This document shows positions 13,201 to 24,566 of a DNA stretch of 64,000 nt, in pieces; position 1 is the first letter of the stretch; each line of letters opens with the position of its first letter. Below the pieces are notes generated by a model, which had not been told where the DNA came from, searched no databases, and saw only the letters and a list, made by a program, of their open reading frames with translations. Made by a program: the position numbers and the translations under genes. This DNA is from Hydrolagus affinis. Taxonomy: Eukaryota. The stretch is from contig JAAILG010000325.1 in the NCBI GenBank assembly GCA_012026655.1, positions 1 to 64,000 on the forward strand, in the 5' to 3' direction.

Positions 13201-16200
13201 TCAAATGAAAGGATTATAATTGTTATTGATGCAGACTATATGTACACTGCTGTCTAATCATGCTACACTGTGGCCCTTTGCTAATTGGAAGTAATTTGAT
13301 TAAGATTTACAGCTGTTTTGGGTAGCACAGTGTATAAAATTCATTATAAAAAAATCTGTTTGACTATAGTTAGTCAGGATTCTTATATTGAAGAAACTTT
13401 CTTAGAGTGCTTCACGATTCCATATAACAGTGTACCTTTTTTTAAAAAAAGTGAATACTGAGTAATCCACACACATATCAAATGTGCTGAAGTCAACTGA
13501 GATGTTAAACCAAGCACCTTTACTCATGTTAATTACATTTCATGACGATATTTATAAATAGCATCTAAAAGACATTTGTAAGTAAAGCGTACTGATTATT
13601 AAACATTGCTTTGATGATGATTTGTTTTAGGAGCAGGGAAACCCATCCTATCAAGTTGACTTCAGTAGATGAAGTTGAGGCTTATCTGAGAGGAGAGCTC
13701 CACAACAATCTCAGACCTTATTGGGACTTGTCTGTTCTAGGACTATTTAGCCCAACTATGAAAGAAGGTAGAGTGAATTGATAAATTACAATTATCTTTC
13801 AATTTGTAATTCCATGAGATTTATCTATAGTGCCAATACTAATTGTATATTTCTCCTACTCATTTAGACTGGCACATATTAGATTATTTATGTAATGCAT
13901 TGGAGACACTTCTACTGATCTGTTTTGATATGTCAGTCAGAAACGTGAACAGGATTTTCTTCAGGGAGTTACCAGATGATATCTTTACTGTAGTCATATG
14001 TACCAACACAACACATAAATCACAAAGGCAATCTGTTTACTAAGTTGAAAACATTTAGATAACTTTATGTATTAGTGATTTAAAAAAAATTGTACCTTTT
14101 TGAAATGAGCATTTGCTTTCTATCTTGTTTAGCAAATGATGCTTTTGTTGATGCTGCCAATTCCTTGCGAGGCAATGTGGTAATGGCAATGTATTTGGAG
14201 AAAAATGCTCTAGATCTGTAAGTGATTAAAATGATCTTTCTTTTGTCACTCCTATAGTTTTAGGTTTACGAGAGGATCATTTGCAGAATTTATAATCACA
14301 TATGGAAAGTTTTAAACAGTGCCAATAAAGTTTTTCTGAATTACATCCAATACAGGGTAAAATTTAAATTTGTGATTTACTGCATTTTCAATTTAGCAAC
14401 TCATGATAGAACACAATTATTTCACAAAGCTTCGTTAAAGCCTCTCTACAGATAAAATACTATAGTTAGTAACTGCCAGGGAGAAAAAGTAGACTTAACC
14501 AATTTAGCTGAAAGAATTATTGTGAACAAATGATGTATTTTCTATTCAGTTCATACAGATATGGTGTGCTTCTACCAGCTCTGGTATTTGCTAGGCACCG
14601 AGAGTCAAGTACAGAGGGCATTCATATTGAAAAGCCTACCACTGAAGAAATAGTCTATGCAGTCAAAAATGCTACATTAGAAAAGTTTGTAAGTATATTA
14701 CTAAAGATGCCACATTTATAGCAGCTAATAAATATCTGTGGTATCTGTACATTGGTGGAGTCCTGTAGCTCAGTGGTTAGAGTGCTCGCCTTACAAGTGA
14801 GAGACCTGGGTTCATTTCTAGGCAGGGAGAAACCTTGGGCAAGTCTTCTTACTCCACATGCCTAATAATAGACTAATCCTTTTTAAAAAAAAAAAAAAAA
14901 TTGGTAATTTCAATCCATTGCTGTTTATGGGACACTGGTGTGTACAATTGGCTGCTGCGTTTCGCCCAGTCAATTCACTTTACAGTAAATTCTGTGAAGC
15001 GCTTTGAGACGTCCAGAAGATGTGAAAAGTGCTATATCAAATGTAACGATTATTATTATTCATTTTAACCTCTTCATCGCTTAAATTTACCTTTGGTGTT
15101 GTAGTATATCCAGGGCACTGGGGCTGCGACTACTAATAATAATACTTATAATAATATTATTTATAAGACTTTGGATGGCACATGCTAGTTTAACATTTAA
15201 AAATGTTTAAAAATCCAATTTAATCTAATTATCTTTATTTGTGAAATTAGCTAGAGTCAATAAATTTGCATTTTTATTAGGTTTTACATTTGTGGCAGTT
15301 ATTATAATCCTACATATTATATTAATGGAAAACTGCACATTTGATTCTAATTTATTACACCATCAATCAATCAAAACTTACATTTATATAGCTTTAAATG
15401 ACTCTTGAAATATCTTTTATCTCTTAAATATCTTTTAAATGTAATTTTTAGTAACAGTAAGAAGACTGACACTCATTTGTGTTATTCATACTAGCCTGAA
15501 GTCACAGTGGAGAATCTCGCTGTTTATTTACAAACCCAGAAACCATTACTCATCCTTTTTATTGATAATGATGACCTGAAGACCATGAAAGCTAAAGAAG
15601 AGCTTGCTGAGCTGATTAAAATAAAAAGTTTGCAGACTTATACTACATGCTGGATTGATCTGTGAGTTAAATTCTCTTTTAACAGTAAAAAAAAATTACA
15701 TTCACTTGAAAGCTTTTTTTCCAGAATTTACACAAATGTGCTGAATAGTTTAATTAAATGACGTTAATATTCTTGTTCATTCATTGATTGTTCTGTGTCT
15801 TGCCTAACTAATCGGGGAAAATTGGAAACCTCATGGGGTTGCCTCTTCGGTTCTTTTGCCCTACAGCATCAGTCACACTATAACCTGATCTATTATATGG
15901 AAAGCCTTTAAATCACAGAAGTGATTTAAACCTGCATGTTCAAATCATAACTTTGCTTTACAAAGCAATTGTTTCCTTGGATGGTACTGTATGGAACTTT
16001 TACATTTTCTGTTTGCTTTTGTCTTAAACAATTCTTTGTTTTATTGTGTGAGGTACTTGTGAATACAGTATACTAAATTGTACAGTTTCCTTTTAGTAAA
16101 GGAAAACTAGATATTTCCCAACCTTGAAGTTCAGTTGTCTTATTCATAAGGTCTTTCCTTATTTTCCTATCCATTAAGGCGAAACACACATGTTGGAGGA

Positions 16201-18055
16201 GAAATTCTTCAAGTATATTTGAAGCATCTTCCTCAATTACCAGTTCTTGTCTTAGTGCACATCCATTCTGGAGGACATGTGTTTGCATTCCCAGAAGAGC
16301 AGCTTATCTCAACAAGGGATGTATTACGCTGGTTAGATAAGGTGCAGACGGGACAAGAAGATCCTAGCAGTAAGTAAAGAAAACTTTTTGCAATAGCTAA
16401 ACAGTGCATCTCTGGATTTGCAAATGTGACGAGTATTAAATGTGCAATATTATATGGATTCAAACTATTGCTTATAATGAGGCTCCACTGTATTGTTATA
16501 CTGGCAGTAAATCTCATACTCTAGACATTCAACAATGAGACCAGATGAAACAGTAAAACAACTATGTTTGTATATCAAAGGAGCACTAAACTTCTAACCG
16601 ATTGAATAAGGTACATGAGTTGAACTTAAGTTTTGAATTAACCTTGCTATCAAAGTACCCCATTATTTTTCTTTAATCTAAGATCCTTAAACATCCAATA
16701 GGTAAAAGATTATCTATGCAGTTACTTATTTACTGTTTTACAGTGAATTGTGTGTATGAATGAAATTAAGGAGCTGTAAATGTTCGAGTATAACAGAATC
16801 ACCACATATTTGCATAGAAACTGAACAGCAGAAGGGTTGTCCTTTTCCTGACCTAGTTGGTTGGGGAAAACACATTGCATTTAGTAATAGCTCTGAGACA
16901 CTACCCCATGTGAAGAAACAATATAAATTCAAATTGTTGTGGTTTTAGTATAGAGCTTTTCTATTACAGTGTGTTGAAATAGTCGAATAGTTTGACTGCA
17001 GTTCCAATCAGATTCTCTTTTTACATCAGAAAGACATTTCAAAGCAGTTCAGAGTGAAAGTCTGAAGTGCAAATGCAGTTGGCGGTGTCCCACAAACATC
17101 CTTCAAGTCGATGACCTATTTTATCTGAGGGATTGCTGGCCAAGATGCCTGGAAGAACTCAATTTCTGAGTAGTGCAATGAGATGTTTAATGTCCACCTA
17201 AACAGACGGATGAACAATCTCAGTTTAACACGTCATCTGCAAGATGGCAATTTGAACAATACAGTGGTATCCCCCTGATTATGTGAGTGTCAGCCTAGAT
17301 ATTGTGAGTTCAAAATCTTGATGATTTCCCTGTCATTGGGTTTTCCATGACAATATTAGATTGATCATATTTCAACACCTGACATCAAAAACTGTGGAAT
17401 ATGGTCAAATTTTCTTTCATGGGGCCACTGGTCAGACTTTTATTACGTTGCAGGAGACCTTCTGCACAAACTGCTTGCTCCCAGACTGCAGACAAGAAAC
17501 GTCAAACAAATACAAGGATCATTATTATCCACAGATGTACAGTTAACACAGTATGTTTAGCACAACAACTAAAGCCCCAAGTGCCATAAAATTACAGCTG
17601 ACAACTGCCAGAATTATTTGCTTCCTTATAAATACACTCAGAAGGAAAATCAGAATTTACATACATAAGAGTATAATGTTAAACATATATTGTAACTGGT
17701 GGAAACCAGCCTTCTTAGTTTGGTACACATACTAAATACTAATGTAGATGTTTTGAAAATGATCACAGGTTTCCTGCATGATAAAGTATGGAGGCCCCCA
17801 CAAACTACTTACGATTTTTTAGCCATTATGGATATTGTACGTCCTGGATTTGCACAGCAGAGAACGCCCAATTTTTCAAAAATGAAAGAACAGGATGAGG
17901 AGGATGAGGAAGGTGAGAATGAACAAACCGAGAATGTGGAAGAAGACCATGGAAAGCCACCAAAAGAACCTGAGAGACCGAATGTGCGTGAAAAAGCTTG
18001 CAGTGCATCGCATGAAGGGAAGAAGGAACGGCATCAACCTCATTCTGAACTATGA
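1056..18055 (+). CDS. TXNDC16: Thioredoxin domain-containing protein 16 (ERp90), full spliced CDS of 19 coding exons, 2496 nt, about 831 aa
   Basis: Manually spliced exons keep one open frame from a signal-peptide-like N-terminus ([22 protein letters not shown]) to HSEL-stop. Peptides match remembered human TXNDC16 ([91 protein letters not shown]). CX8C, CX9C and CX6C motifs are present and there is no CXXC. All intron phases are compatible. Confidence 0.96.
1340..1580 (-). mobile_element. L2 LINE ORF2 3' fragment, degraded
   Basis: Purine-rich reverse complement resembling the L2 copy at 46445-46899. Confidence 0.65.
2179..2261 (+). CDS. TXNDC16: TXNDC16 coding exon 2 (GC donor)
   Basis: tttcag acceptor, [28 protein letters not shown], donor CAG|gcgagt. 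Confidence 0.88.
2719..2792 (+). CDS. TXNDC16: TXNDC16 coding exon 3
   Basis: ttttgtag acceptor, [25 protein letters not shown] (CX8C), donor gtatgt. Confidence 0.92.
3233..3307 (+). CDS. TXNDC16: TXNDC16 coding exon 4
   Basis: [24 protein letters not shown], aag acceptor, gtaagt donor. Confidence 0.92.
4410..4531 (+). CDS. TXNDC16: TXNDC16 coding exon 5
   Basis: [40 protein letters not shown], tag acceptor, gtattg donor. Confidence 0.92.
5254..5344 (+). CDS. TXNDC16: TXNDC16 coding exon 6
   Basis: [30 protein letters not shown], tag acceptor, gtaagc donor. Confidence 0.93.
5722..5965 (+). mobile_element. Deu-SINE 3' fragment followed by an L2 3' tail
   Basis: ttcgcccacaaaatatacagtcaattcactttacag...; then gtcctcccaacgtgaaggccactctataaatgcaattttgttgttg. 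Confidence 0.7.
6719..6875 (+). CDS. TXNDC16: TXNDC16 coding exon 7
   Basis: [52 protein letters not shown] (CX9C), gtgagg donor. Confidence 0.92.
7278..7444 (+). CDS. TXNDC16: TXNDC16 coding exon 8
   Basis: [55 protein letters not shown], gtaagg donor. Confidence 0.92.
8249..8309 (+). CDS. TXNDC16: TXNDC16 coding exon 9
   Basis: [20 protein letters not shown], cag acceptor, gtatga donor, phases 2 to 0 fit neighbours. Confidence 0.88.
8886..9012 (+). CDS. TXNDC16: TXNDC16 coding exon 10
   Basis: [42 protein letters not shown], acidic linker, gtatgg donor. Confidence 0.88.
9150..9330 (-). mobile_element. Old SacSINE1/AmnSINE1-like SINE body; its head continues at 10041-10112
   Basis: gccacaggatctttaacatccatctaaacaggcaga...tttaatgtttcatctgaaggatggcagctcc resembles the remembered SacSINE1 consensus in reverse. 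Confidence 0.65.
9375..9802 (+). mobile_element. L2 LINE 3' end
   Basis: Encodes [28 protein letters not shown]; ends in stem-loop plus (ttg)n; closely similar to 46445-46899. Confidence 0.9.
9801..10040 (+). mobile_element. Deu-SINE, 5' truncated
   Basis: B-box remnant ttcgattcc, Deu core gtttgtgggacactgctgtgcgc, gattatta tail. Confidence 0.88.
10268..10414 (+). CDS. TXNDC16: TXNDC16 coding exon 11
   Basis: [48 protein letters not shown], gtaagt donor. Confidence 0.93.
11451..11510 (+). CDS. TXNDC16: TXNDC16 coding exon 12
   Basis: [20 protein letters not shown] (thioredoxin active-site position lacking Cys), tag acceptor, gtacta donor. Confidence 0.9.
11982..12150 (+). CDS. TXNDC16: TXNDC16 coding exon 13
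   Basis: [56 protein letters not shown] (CX6C), gtgagt donor. Confidence 0.93.
12340..12775 (-). mobile_element. L2 LINE 3' fragment, degraded
   Basis: Minus strand reads [19 protein letters not shown] (decayed ITPVL-LHWLP region), with an L2-type tail near 12340. Confidence 0.65.
13631..13767 (+). CDS. TXNDC16: TXNDC16 coding exon 14
   Basis: [45 protein letters not shown], ttttag acceptor, gtagag donor. Confidence 0.92.
14133..14217 (+). CDS. TXNDC16: TXNDC16 coding exon 15
   Basis: [28 protein letters not shown], gtaagt donor. Confidence 0.9.
14550..14688 (+). CDS. TXNDC16: TXNDC16 coding exon 16
   Basis: [46 protein letters not shown], gtaagt donor. Confidence 0.9.
14757..15060 (+). 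mobile_element. Full-length tRNA-headed Deu-domain SINE (about 300 bp)
   Basis: A box tagctcagtgg, B-box-like gggttcatttc, TAC anticodon-like loop, Deu core, L2-like 3' stem-loop and (att)n tail. Confidence 0.92.
15495..15661 (+). CDS. TXNDC16: TXNDC16 coding exon 17
   Basis: [55 protein letters not shown], gtgagt donor. Confidence 0.92.
16179..16369 (+). CDS. TXNDC16: TXNDC16 coding exon 18
   Basis: [63 protein letters not shown], gtaagt donor. Confidence 0.92.
17080..17310 (-). mobile_element. Old SacSINE1/AmnSINE1-like SINE
   Basis: gtcccacaaaca...gagggattgctggccaagatgcc...tttaatgtccacctaaacagac...cagcctagat. Confidence 0.6.
17769..18055 (+). CDS. TXNDC16: TXNDC16 terminal coding exon 19
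   Basis: [21 protein letters not shown] (human WKPPLPAYDFLSMID), acidic tract, ends HSEL-TGA; acceptor cag has a weak pyrimidine tract. Confidence 0.88.
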
Positions 18056-19028
18056 TTAAAAACAGAATTTAGCAGGTTGGCGGCTCATAATGATCCCCTG
18101 TTGTACTGATTTTACTGAACCCGAGCATAACTTGGACATTTTATAGCCCTTTTCTATTATAAAAGATGGAAATTAGTTGCACAAGGAAGACTGAACATAA
18201 CTTTTTCTGTGTTATGCAACCCAAAGCAGACCACCAGTTTCCATTCTATTGCAAATATTGGACATTTCTACATGTAAAAATATTAAGTTACTCTTTTGCA
18301 ATACAGCATATCTATTCAAAATTGGTTTGGAGTCGGGGTTTTTAGAAATTTGAATTAGAAATGAACACAGGCTTGTAAGATTAATTAAAAACACAGAATT
18401 GGTGGTTAACGCCAGATCATAGCATTTTCACAACCAGCAGATGTGTCTTTTGGATCAACAACAACTTCGATTTATATAGCGCCCTCCACGCCGGACGGCA
18501 TCTCAGGCCGAATTGCAAAGAAGCATAGATTATGAAGTCTCATTATTTGAGGCAGCATAGTAAAAGCAATACTTTTGAGATATAGCTGGCATTTTACACC
18601 AAAACGGTGCTTCTCTTACACAGATACTTTTTTAAAAGATCTTTTTGTTGCTTCAATTGGTTCTTCTGACATTGTTTCAAGTGATATGCTCATACAGTAG
18701 TTCTGTTTGGTATGATCCACCACTAGATCACAAGATTAGTTTGGGTAAAGAAAACCATTCCGATGCCAATTCTTCAAAGTCTTTAGATGGGTTTTTGAAG
18801 GGGATGGGATATCTGAGCAGCAATCGGGGTATAAAGCCTGAATCTTCCATATGTCTATTGCCACTGAGGCCTCCCCTGCAGTGTGTTTAAACAATGTATG
18901 TCATTTGAAACTATAGTAGATCTGAGAAAAAAATGGGGATGACAAATTAGTGAGATTATGGAATTTCCCTGTGGATGATTCTGGGTACTGTGGAATGTGT
19001 AGAATTATGGCCACTTTGAGATATTTAG

Positions 19029-19230
19029 AGAAGTCACTGGGAACACCCAACAGGTCAGGCAGCATCTATTAGAGATGTGAGAGTTAACATTACAGGTTGA
19101 CAACCTTTTGACTTGAAACATTAACAAATGTTCATCCCTCCATAGATGCTGTCTGATCCACTGAGTGTTCCCAGCGACTTCTGTTTTCGTTTCAGATTTT
19201 CAGCATTCGGTAGTATTTTGCCTTTTAGCA
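19029..19230. mobile_element. Foldback repeat remnant, probably a chondrichthyan Penelope-like terminal element
   Basis: Arms agaagtcactgggaacacccaacaggtcaggcagcatctat and atagatgctgtctgatccactgagtgttcccagcgacttct are reverse complements; family assignment from memory. Confidence 0.6.
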
Positions 19231-19839
19231 TATTTATTGTTAGGCTCACTTTAAAACCAAATGGAAGGTCAATTCCTAGTCTTAATCACAAATTAATCTC
19301 AGGCTTGGCATTTCTATGATGAAGTATCGCTGAGATATTGGCTTCTCTGAGCATAATAATGCAAATGGCTGGCACAAACATGGTATTTCGCAAATCGGAA
19401 ATTTTGATTAATGCAACCAATCCAGTTTAGAAATACTGCCCCACAAATTACATCCTGTTATGCTGTCATACTTTCTGATATTGGATTATATGTAAATGAC
19501 AAATATTACACATTTGTTACACATTATCTAATTTAAATCAACTGACTTTCATTTTGCAATATAACAAGTTAAGGATTGAATTTAAAAACAATGTGCCATT
19601 ACTAGTTTAGTAGCATGGAATAGAGAAGAAATCTTGTGTCACTTACCATAGCGAACACAGGTTGTGAGCTGTGTTGCATCATCTATTTCAACCACAAGAC
19701 GGAGTCTGTTCCCAGCATGCTTGTCTTGTGCAATAGCTCTGTATTTATCTATGCAGACAGTTGTGGGAACTTGCAAGACAACCAATGTGGGATCGAAATG
19801 GTAGCTTTCAACTCGCATATACAATAGATAGGGAAAGGA

Positions 19840-20052
19840 ATAATAATAAAAATAATCCTTGCATTTGATATAGCGCTTTTTATGTCTTCTAGACATCTCA
19901 AAATGCTTCATAGAATATACTGTAAAGTGAATTGACTGTATAATTTGTGGGTGAAACGTGGCAGCCAATTGCGCACAGCAGTGTCCCACAAACGTAGGTT
20001 GAAATGACCAATTTATTATTGTTTTTTTTCTTGAGGGATTATTATTATCAGG
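19840..20052 (-). mobile_element. Deu-SINE lacking the tRNA head
   Basis: aataatccttgcatttgatatagcgcttttt...gcagccaattgcgcacagcagtgtcccacaaac. Confidence 0.88.
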
Positions 20053-20726
20053 GATTAATAGCAATACAAATAGAAATTCAGTGCATTTCTTGAATTCCCA
20101 TGGAACAGTTTTCTGAAACAACATGCTTTAATACTTTAGGGAGCAGACCATATTTGACTTAGTTATGGTTGATTAATGCGCCAGATATATTTATAAATCT
20201 CATAGTGAGGGAGCATTTGGAGAATAATGTTAGAAATAATTAGTGTTTGATGCCGTCCTGATGTGGAAGGTGCTACATACATATAAATTTGTATTATATT
20301 GTGTAATAATGAGTAAACTAGTACAACAACAACAAAATTACACTTATAGAGCACCTTTCACGTTGGGCTCAGATAAATCTCCAGACCCAAACAGTTTCCC
20401 ACCACCTATCAAAGGAAATAGAATGAATTATTAGAGGCTTTAAATAGTTTCAAATATTCATTAGATTCAATAATTGTATTATAGGATTCAAAAGATAACA
20501 TTTATTGTCGAAGGGAAAGATAATAACAATTCTTATGTCTCAAAGATGCATTTGATATTGTGTCTTTAACACATCGTTCAGCATTGCAAAGCACTCTTAC
20601 AATTCTAACAGTTCATTAACAGCACCACAAATGTGATAGGTAAAAAGAGAATGATGTATGATTTATTTTAATTTCCGGAAAGCTTTGCTAAAGAGCCACA
20701 TGAGATATTATTAGCTGAAAGACACA

Positions 20727-22165
20727 TAGATTTCCAAGTGTGAATGGATTATAATGCATAGCCTGGATTTATTTCTGAATGAAAGATACATTCAGTGAAA
20801 TTTGGCTAAGCCATTTTTTGATTAACAAGATTACAACAGCAATACAGTATTACATAGTGCCCACAATAAGGAGCCAGTATGTGTATCTTTTATTATAGAC
20901 TATGACCATGGCTGATAGTAGTAGCCGTGACTATAGCAGCAGTTATGTGGCTTTGTGGCTTTTCAGAGGCTGTTATTTGATTACATTTCTATTAGTTTTT
21001 TCAACAAACGCCAGCCTGCTTCATTTCCGCCACCTTCTCTCCCACCCCCACCCCGCTCCCCCACTCTAATAGCAGGCTTTCTGCACTCGTTCTCAGGAAT
21101 TCCATTTTAGAGTCCGCGTTCCTCCGTATTAACACACACCGGGAAACAAATACTTATTTTTACAACACGCAGAACGGATTTTGGAAGAGCTCCATCTGGC
21201 CAATTCTGGGTCCAGTGATTTAAATATTTGTGTTTTGCTGTGATGAGAGAAAGATTGATGTGAAATGTCTGTGGACTGATTAAATATTACGTAAATTACA
21301 AAACTGACTCTTATTTGTTTGATTGCTCAACTACCCCCGCTTGAAGGGTACTATATAAATAGTATATAAACTGTATAAAGTTTTTGCAGCAAGTGGTTTC
21401 ACATTTAACAAATAGCAGACATAGAGTCATGATGAATGAATACTAGGTGGGAAAATATGCAACTCCTAATTCCATTATCAGGAAGTTACACTACTGAGTC
21501 AGAATTCTTCAAAACTCCAAAGAAGCTGGAATTATTCATTAGTACATTAGTATGACTTTCAGAGAACTTGAAATATCGGCTAACATTTTTAATAAAATGT
21601 TCTTTATAAAACACATTTGACTTCTGAGGATTTCTTGATGGGTGACAGAACGTGGGCTAGGAATTGAGCGGGGCGAGATACAGAAAGGGATGTGGTAGAT
21701 GACCAAAAGTACAGTCAAAGGTATGTTTTGAGATGCGCCTTGAAATAAGAAGGGAGGGAGCAAGCTAGACATAGGAACTCTGGGATGGAGGTCCAGAGTG
21801 GGAGCAGAATGGCTGAAAGCCTGCTGCTGGAGTGGAGAGGGGGGTAGAGGACATGAAGCAGGCTTGTGTTTGCTAAGCAAACTATGAGAAATATGTAATC
21901 AAACAGCAGCCTCTGGAAAGCCACAAAAATGCTGCTATTTTAGACAAATAGACACAGCTTCGACAACCAGCCAAGTTCATGGTCTACAATGAAAGCTACA
22001 CGTTGGACACTTATTGTGGGCACTTTGTAATACTGTATTACTATTGTAATCTCATCAATTAAAAAGGGCTAAATCAAATTTTACTCAATGTTTCTTCCGT
22101 CCAGACCAGATCCTCAGAAATAAATCCAGACTATGCGTTGTAATTCCCTCACACTGGGAAATCTA
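20727..22165. repeat. Long imperfect inverted repeat: arms about 20727-21085 and 21805-22165
   Basis: Multiple colinear reverse-complement blocks, e.g. aatacagtattacatagtgcccacaataag versus cttattgtgggcactttgtaatactgtatt. Confidence 0.85.
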
Positions 22166-24566
22166 AATTGAATTAACTAGTACTGCTTAGAATTAAATCA
22201 GAAATGCAACAGCACAATACTGTACATATATTTAAGGTGGTGTTTCTATTTTATAGAGAATAATTTAGGGTGAATCACCATCAGAGGGAAATATTTCCTG
22301 ACACAATTACTTCATCTTTGTCTTTGCATTCTATAATGGATGATTTCAATCTTTGATGAAAGAAACTTCTTTAATACCCACCAACGAGACTTTTAGCTTA
22401 ACTGAAAGAGAGGTGATCTGCAACACTGCAAGATATCTGTGATGTACATCTCCTTGCCATTAATTGCCATGTTTTGATGTTTTATAGTTTAATTAGAACC
22501 ATATGGCAATTAATGGAAGCTAATGGGGAATCTCACTGGTAATCTCACTGGTATCAGCAGGGTAACTGATAGAATTAAATGTTTGCTTCCTTCCCCTCCA
22601 TTTTAGTTTAGAATAACAAATGAAAAACTAAAACTGTTGGCACTCATGGGAGGAAGGGAGGAAGTACAGGTACAGTAAATTGCTTTCTCTAAAATACTGT
22701 TGATTTGAATTTCATTATTTGAGTACGTATATGCCATTCATTGAATTTTTTAAAATGTGACAATTTTCATGCATGTACCTTTCATTCCGGCTACCTTTTT
22801 GTATTAACATTGAGCTTTGCTTGCATGCGTTTGGATTTGGTGTCTCCAAGTGATAGCATTTTCTTGTTTGGTTTTATGTTTCAGTGAATGAACAGCTTGC
22901 CAAATTCAGAACTGTTTATTGATATTCCAATAATTTTACACTTAGACAAACTTTGATGTGTAAATGTGTTGTTGGCTTAAACCAGTACTGCCTGGTCGGG
23001 GTTTACATCATTGTTCACATTTAAAAGAATGTGTTGTTGGTTTTAGCCACTCTGCCAATTCTTTAAAGCTGTTAAAATAGCTGTGGCTTCAGCTTTCTTT
23101 CATGGCCATCCATACTCCCCATCTTTCTGTCTCACGCACTCCCTCTCTGCTTCCATAAGCCGATCTAAAGACCTGTCTTTCCCTTCAATCGCTTCCTTTC
23201 AACTGGAATGTTATTTAATCCAAAACACAATGTAGATTCACTCAGCACTTTTATTCGAACTGTAGAAATCAACCTATTTCAAAATCTGCACATCACTCTT
23301 CCCAGAATCCATTTATACTTGCATCCTCCATATATCAGTTGCCACTTATGTTGTTAAAGCAATATGCAACATCAACCAGCTCAAACGTCAACAGAATCTT
23401 TGTAAGGCACTTGCAGACATTCTATGACTGTCTGTGAGATGTTGTTGTGTGCAAATTGGCTGCTACATTTATGTGCAAAATACAATCATTAAACAATTGC
23501 AATTCATCCTATGAAGTTGCACCTATTCAACTGTGCTTTCTAGTTATCTTTCTCACTCTCAGCTCATGTACTGGTCCGGTAATATGAAGTTCTTCGAAGT
23601 TCTTTTTACCTGATGTGAAAGATTCAATATCACATTTAAGGATAAGGATTCTTCTTCTCCCAAGTGAAAATTGATGTTTATTTGCAGTTTTAGGGTTGGC
23701 ATTTTACCTTTTTAAATGGGTGGGTGGTAATTTCAAATATAGACTTATTTTTAATTAATTTCATGTATTTACCAGGGTTTGTTTTTAGATTCTGCAACTT
23801 GAGAATTCAGCAGTAAGCAATTTATCTGCAAAAATTCTCAATTTGAAATTTATTGGGTGGAATTTTTGTTGCGTGTAAATTTAGTTTTTTTTTGGCAATC
23901 AATACATTTTAAAAAAAAATGCTTAGGATATTCTTAGGAATAAAAGCACTGGGAGCAGAACAAAATGGTGCTGCTATAGTTAGTGGATTTGAACGTTTTG
24001 AGTTGATAATAAAGAAACTTCCTTACATACCTGTGCTTTAGATTGAGTATCCTTACAGTATCAATCAGATAAATATTCATATCACGAGACTAAAAGATGC
24101 AAGTTTTTTTTAGAAAAAACACCAGAAATTATTTTGTTTTACTCTGAAGTATCTTGGCATTGTTGGGGAGAGGCAAGAGTTGGTAGTGTTATATCAGTTA
24201 CTCAGGATCACAAGATCTCGTTGAAGAGTTAGTCATTGCATCACCATCTCCTCCAATCGCAGTTTTATCACTTGCAATAAACAATTGTGAGAAAAGTAAA
24301 CTGATGACTGAATCCTGAAAAGGACTACACAGACGTCATTAAGTACACCAATTGTGGTTTCGTACAGAAACCACTTTGTTGAATAGATTTTGTTCGCTGC
24401 TTTGCATGAATTGGTTTGCTGTTTTGCATGTTTCAGAAAAGCAACATAACTTATGTACAGTACTTCTATTATTGTTTGTCTTTGTCAATCAGAACCTTTG
24501 GACGTCCTCCCGATGTGAAAGGCGCTCCATAAATGTAATTTTGTTGTTGTTTTGGTGTGGTTGTTA

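Noticed and set aside
14757-14830. tRNA-like sequences with A and B boxes and a TAC (Val-like) loop, also at 24567, 43201, 47313, 57449 and 60478
   Set aside because: They are SINE heads: they mostly run into the SINE body, differ between copies and lack an intact cloverleaf
19639-20124. 161 aa ORF and recurring peptides such as [20 protein letters not shown] in many short ORFs
   Set aside because: Translations of the repeated SINE tail, not a protein family
22578-22960. Short exon-like segments (FRITNEKLKLLALMGGREEVQ; MNSLPNSELFIDIP)
   Set aside because: Weak donors or early stops, no recognisable homology, expected by chance in AT-rich DNA
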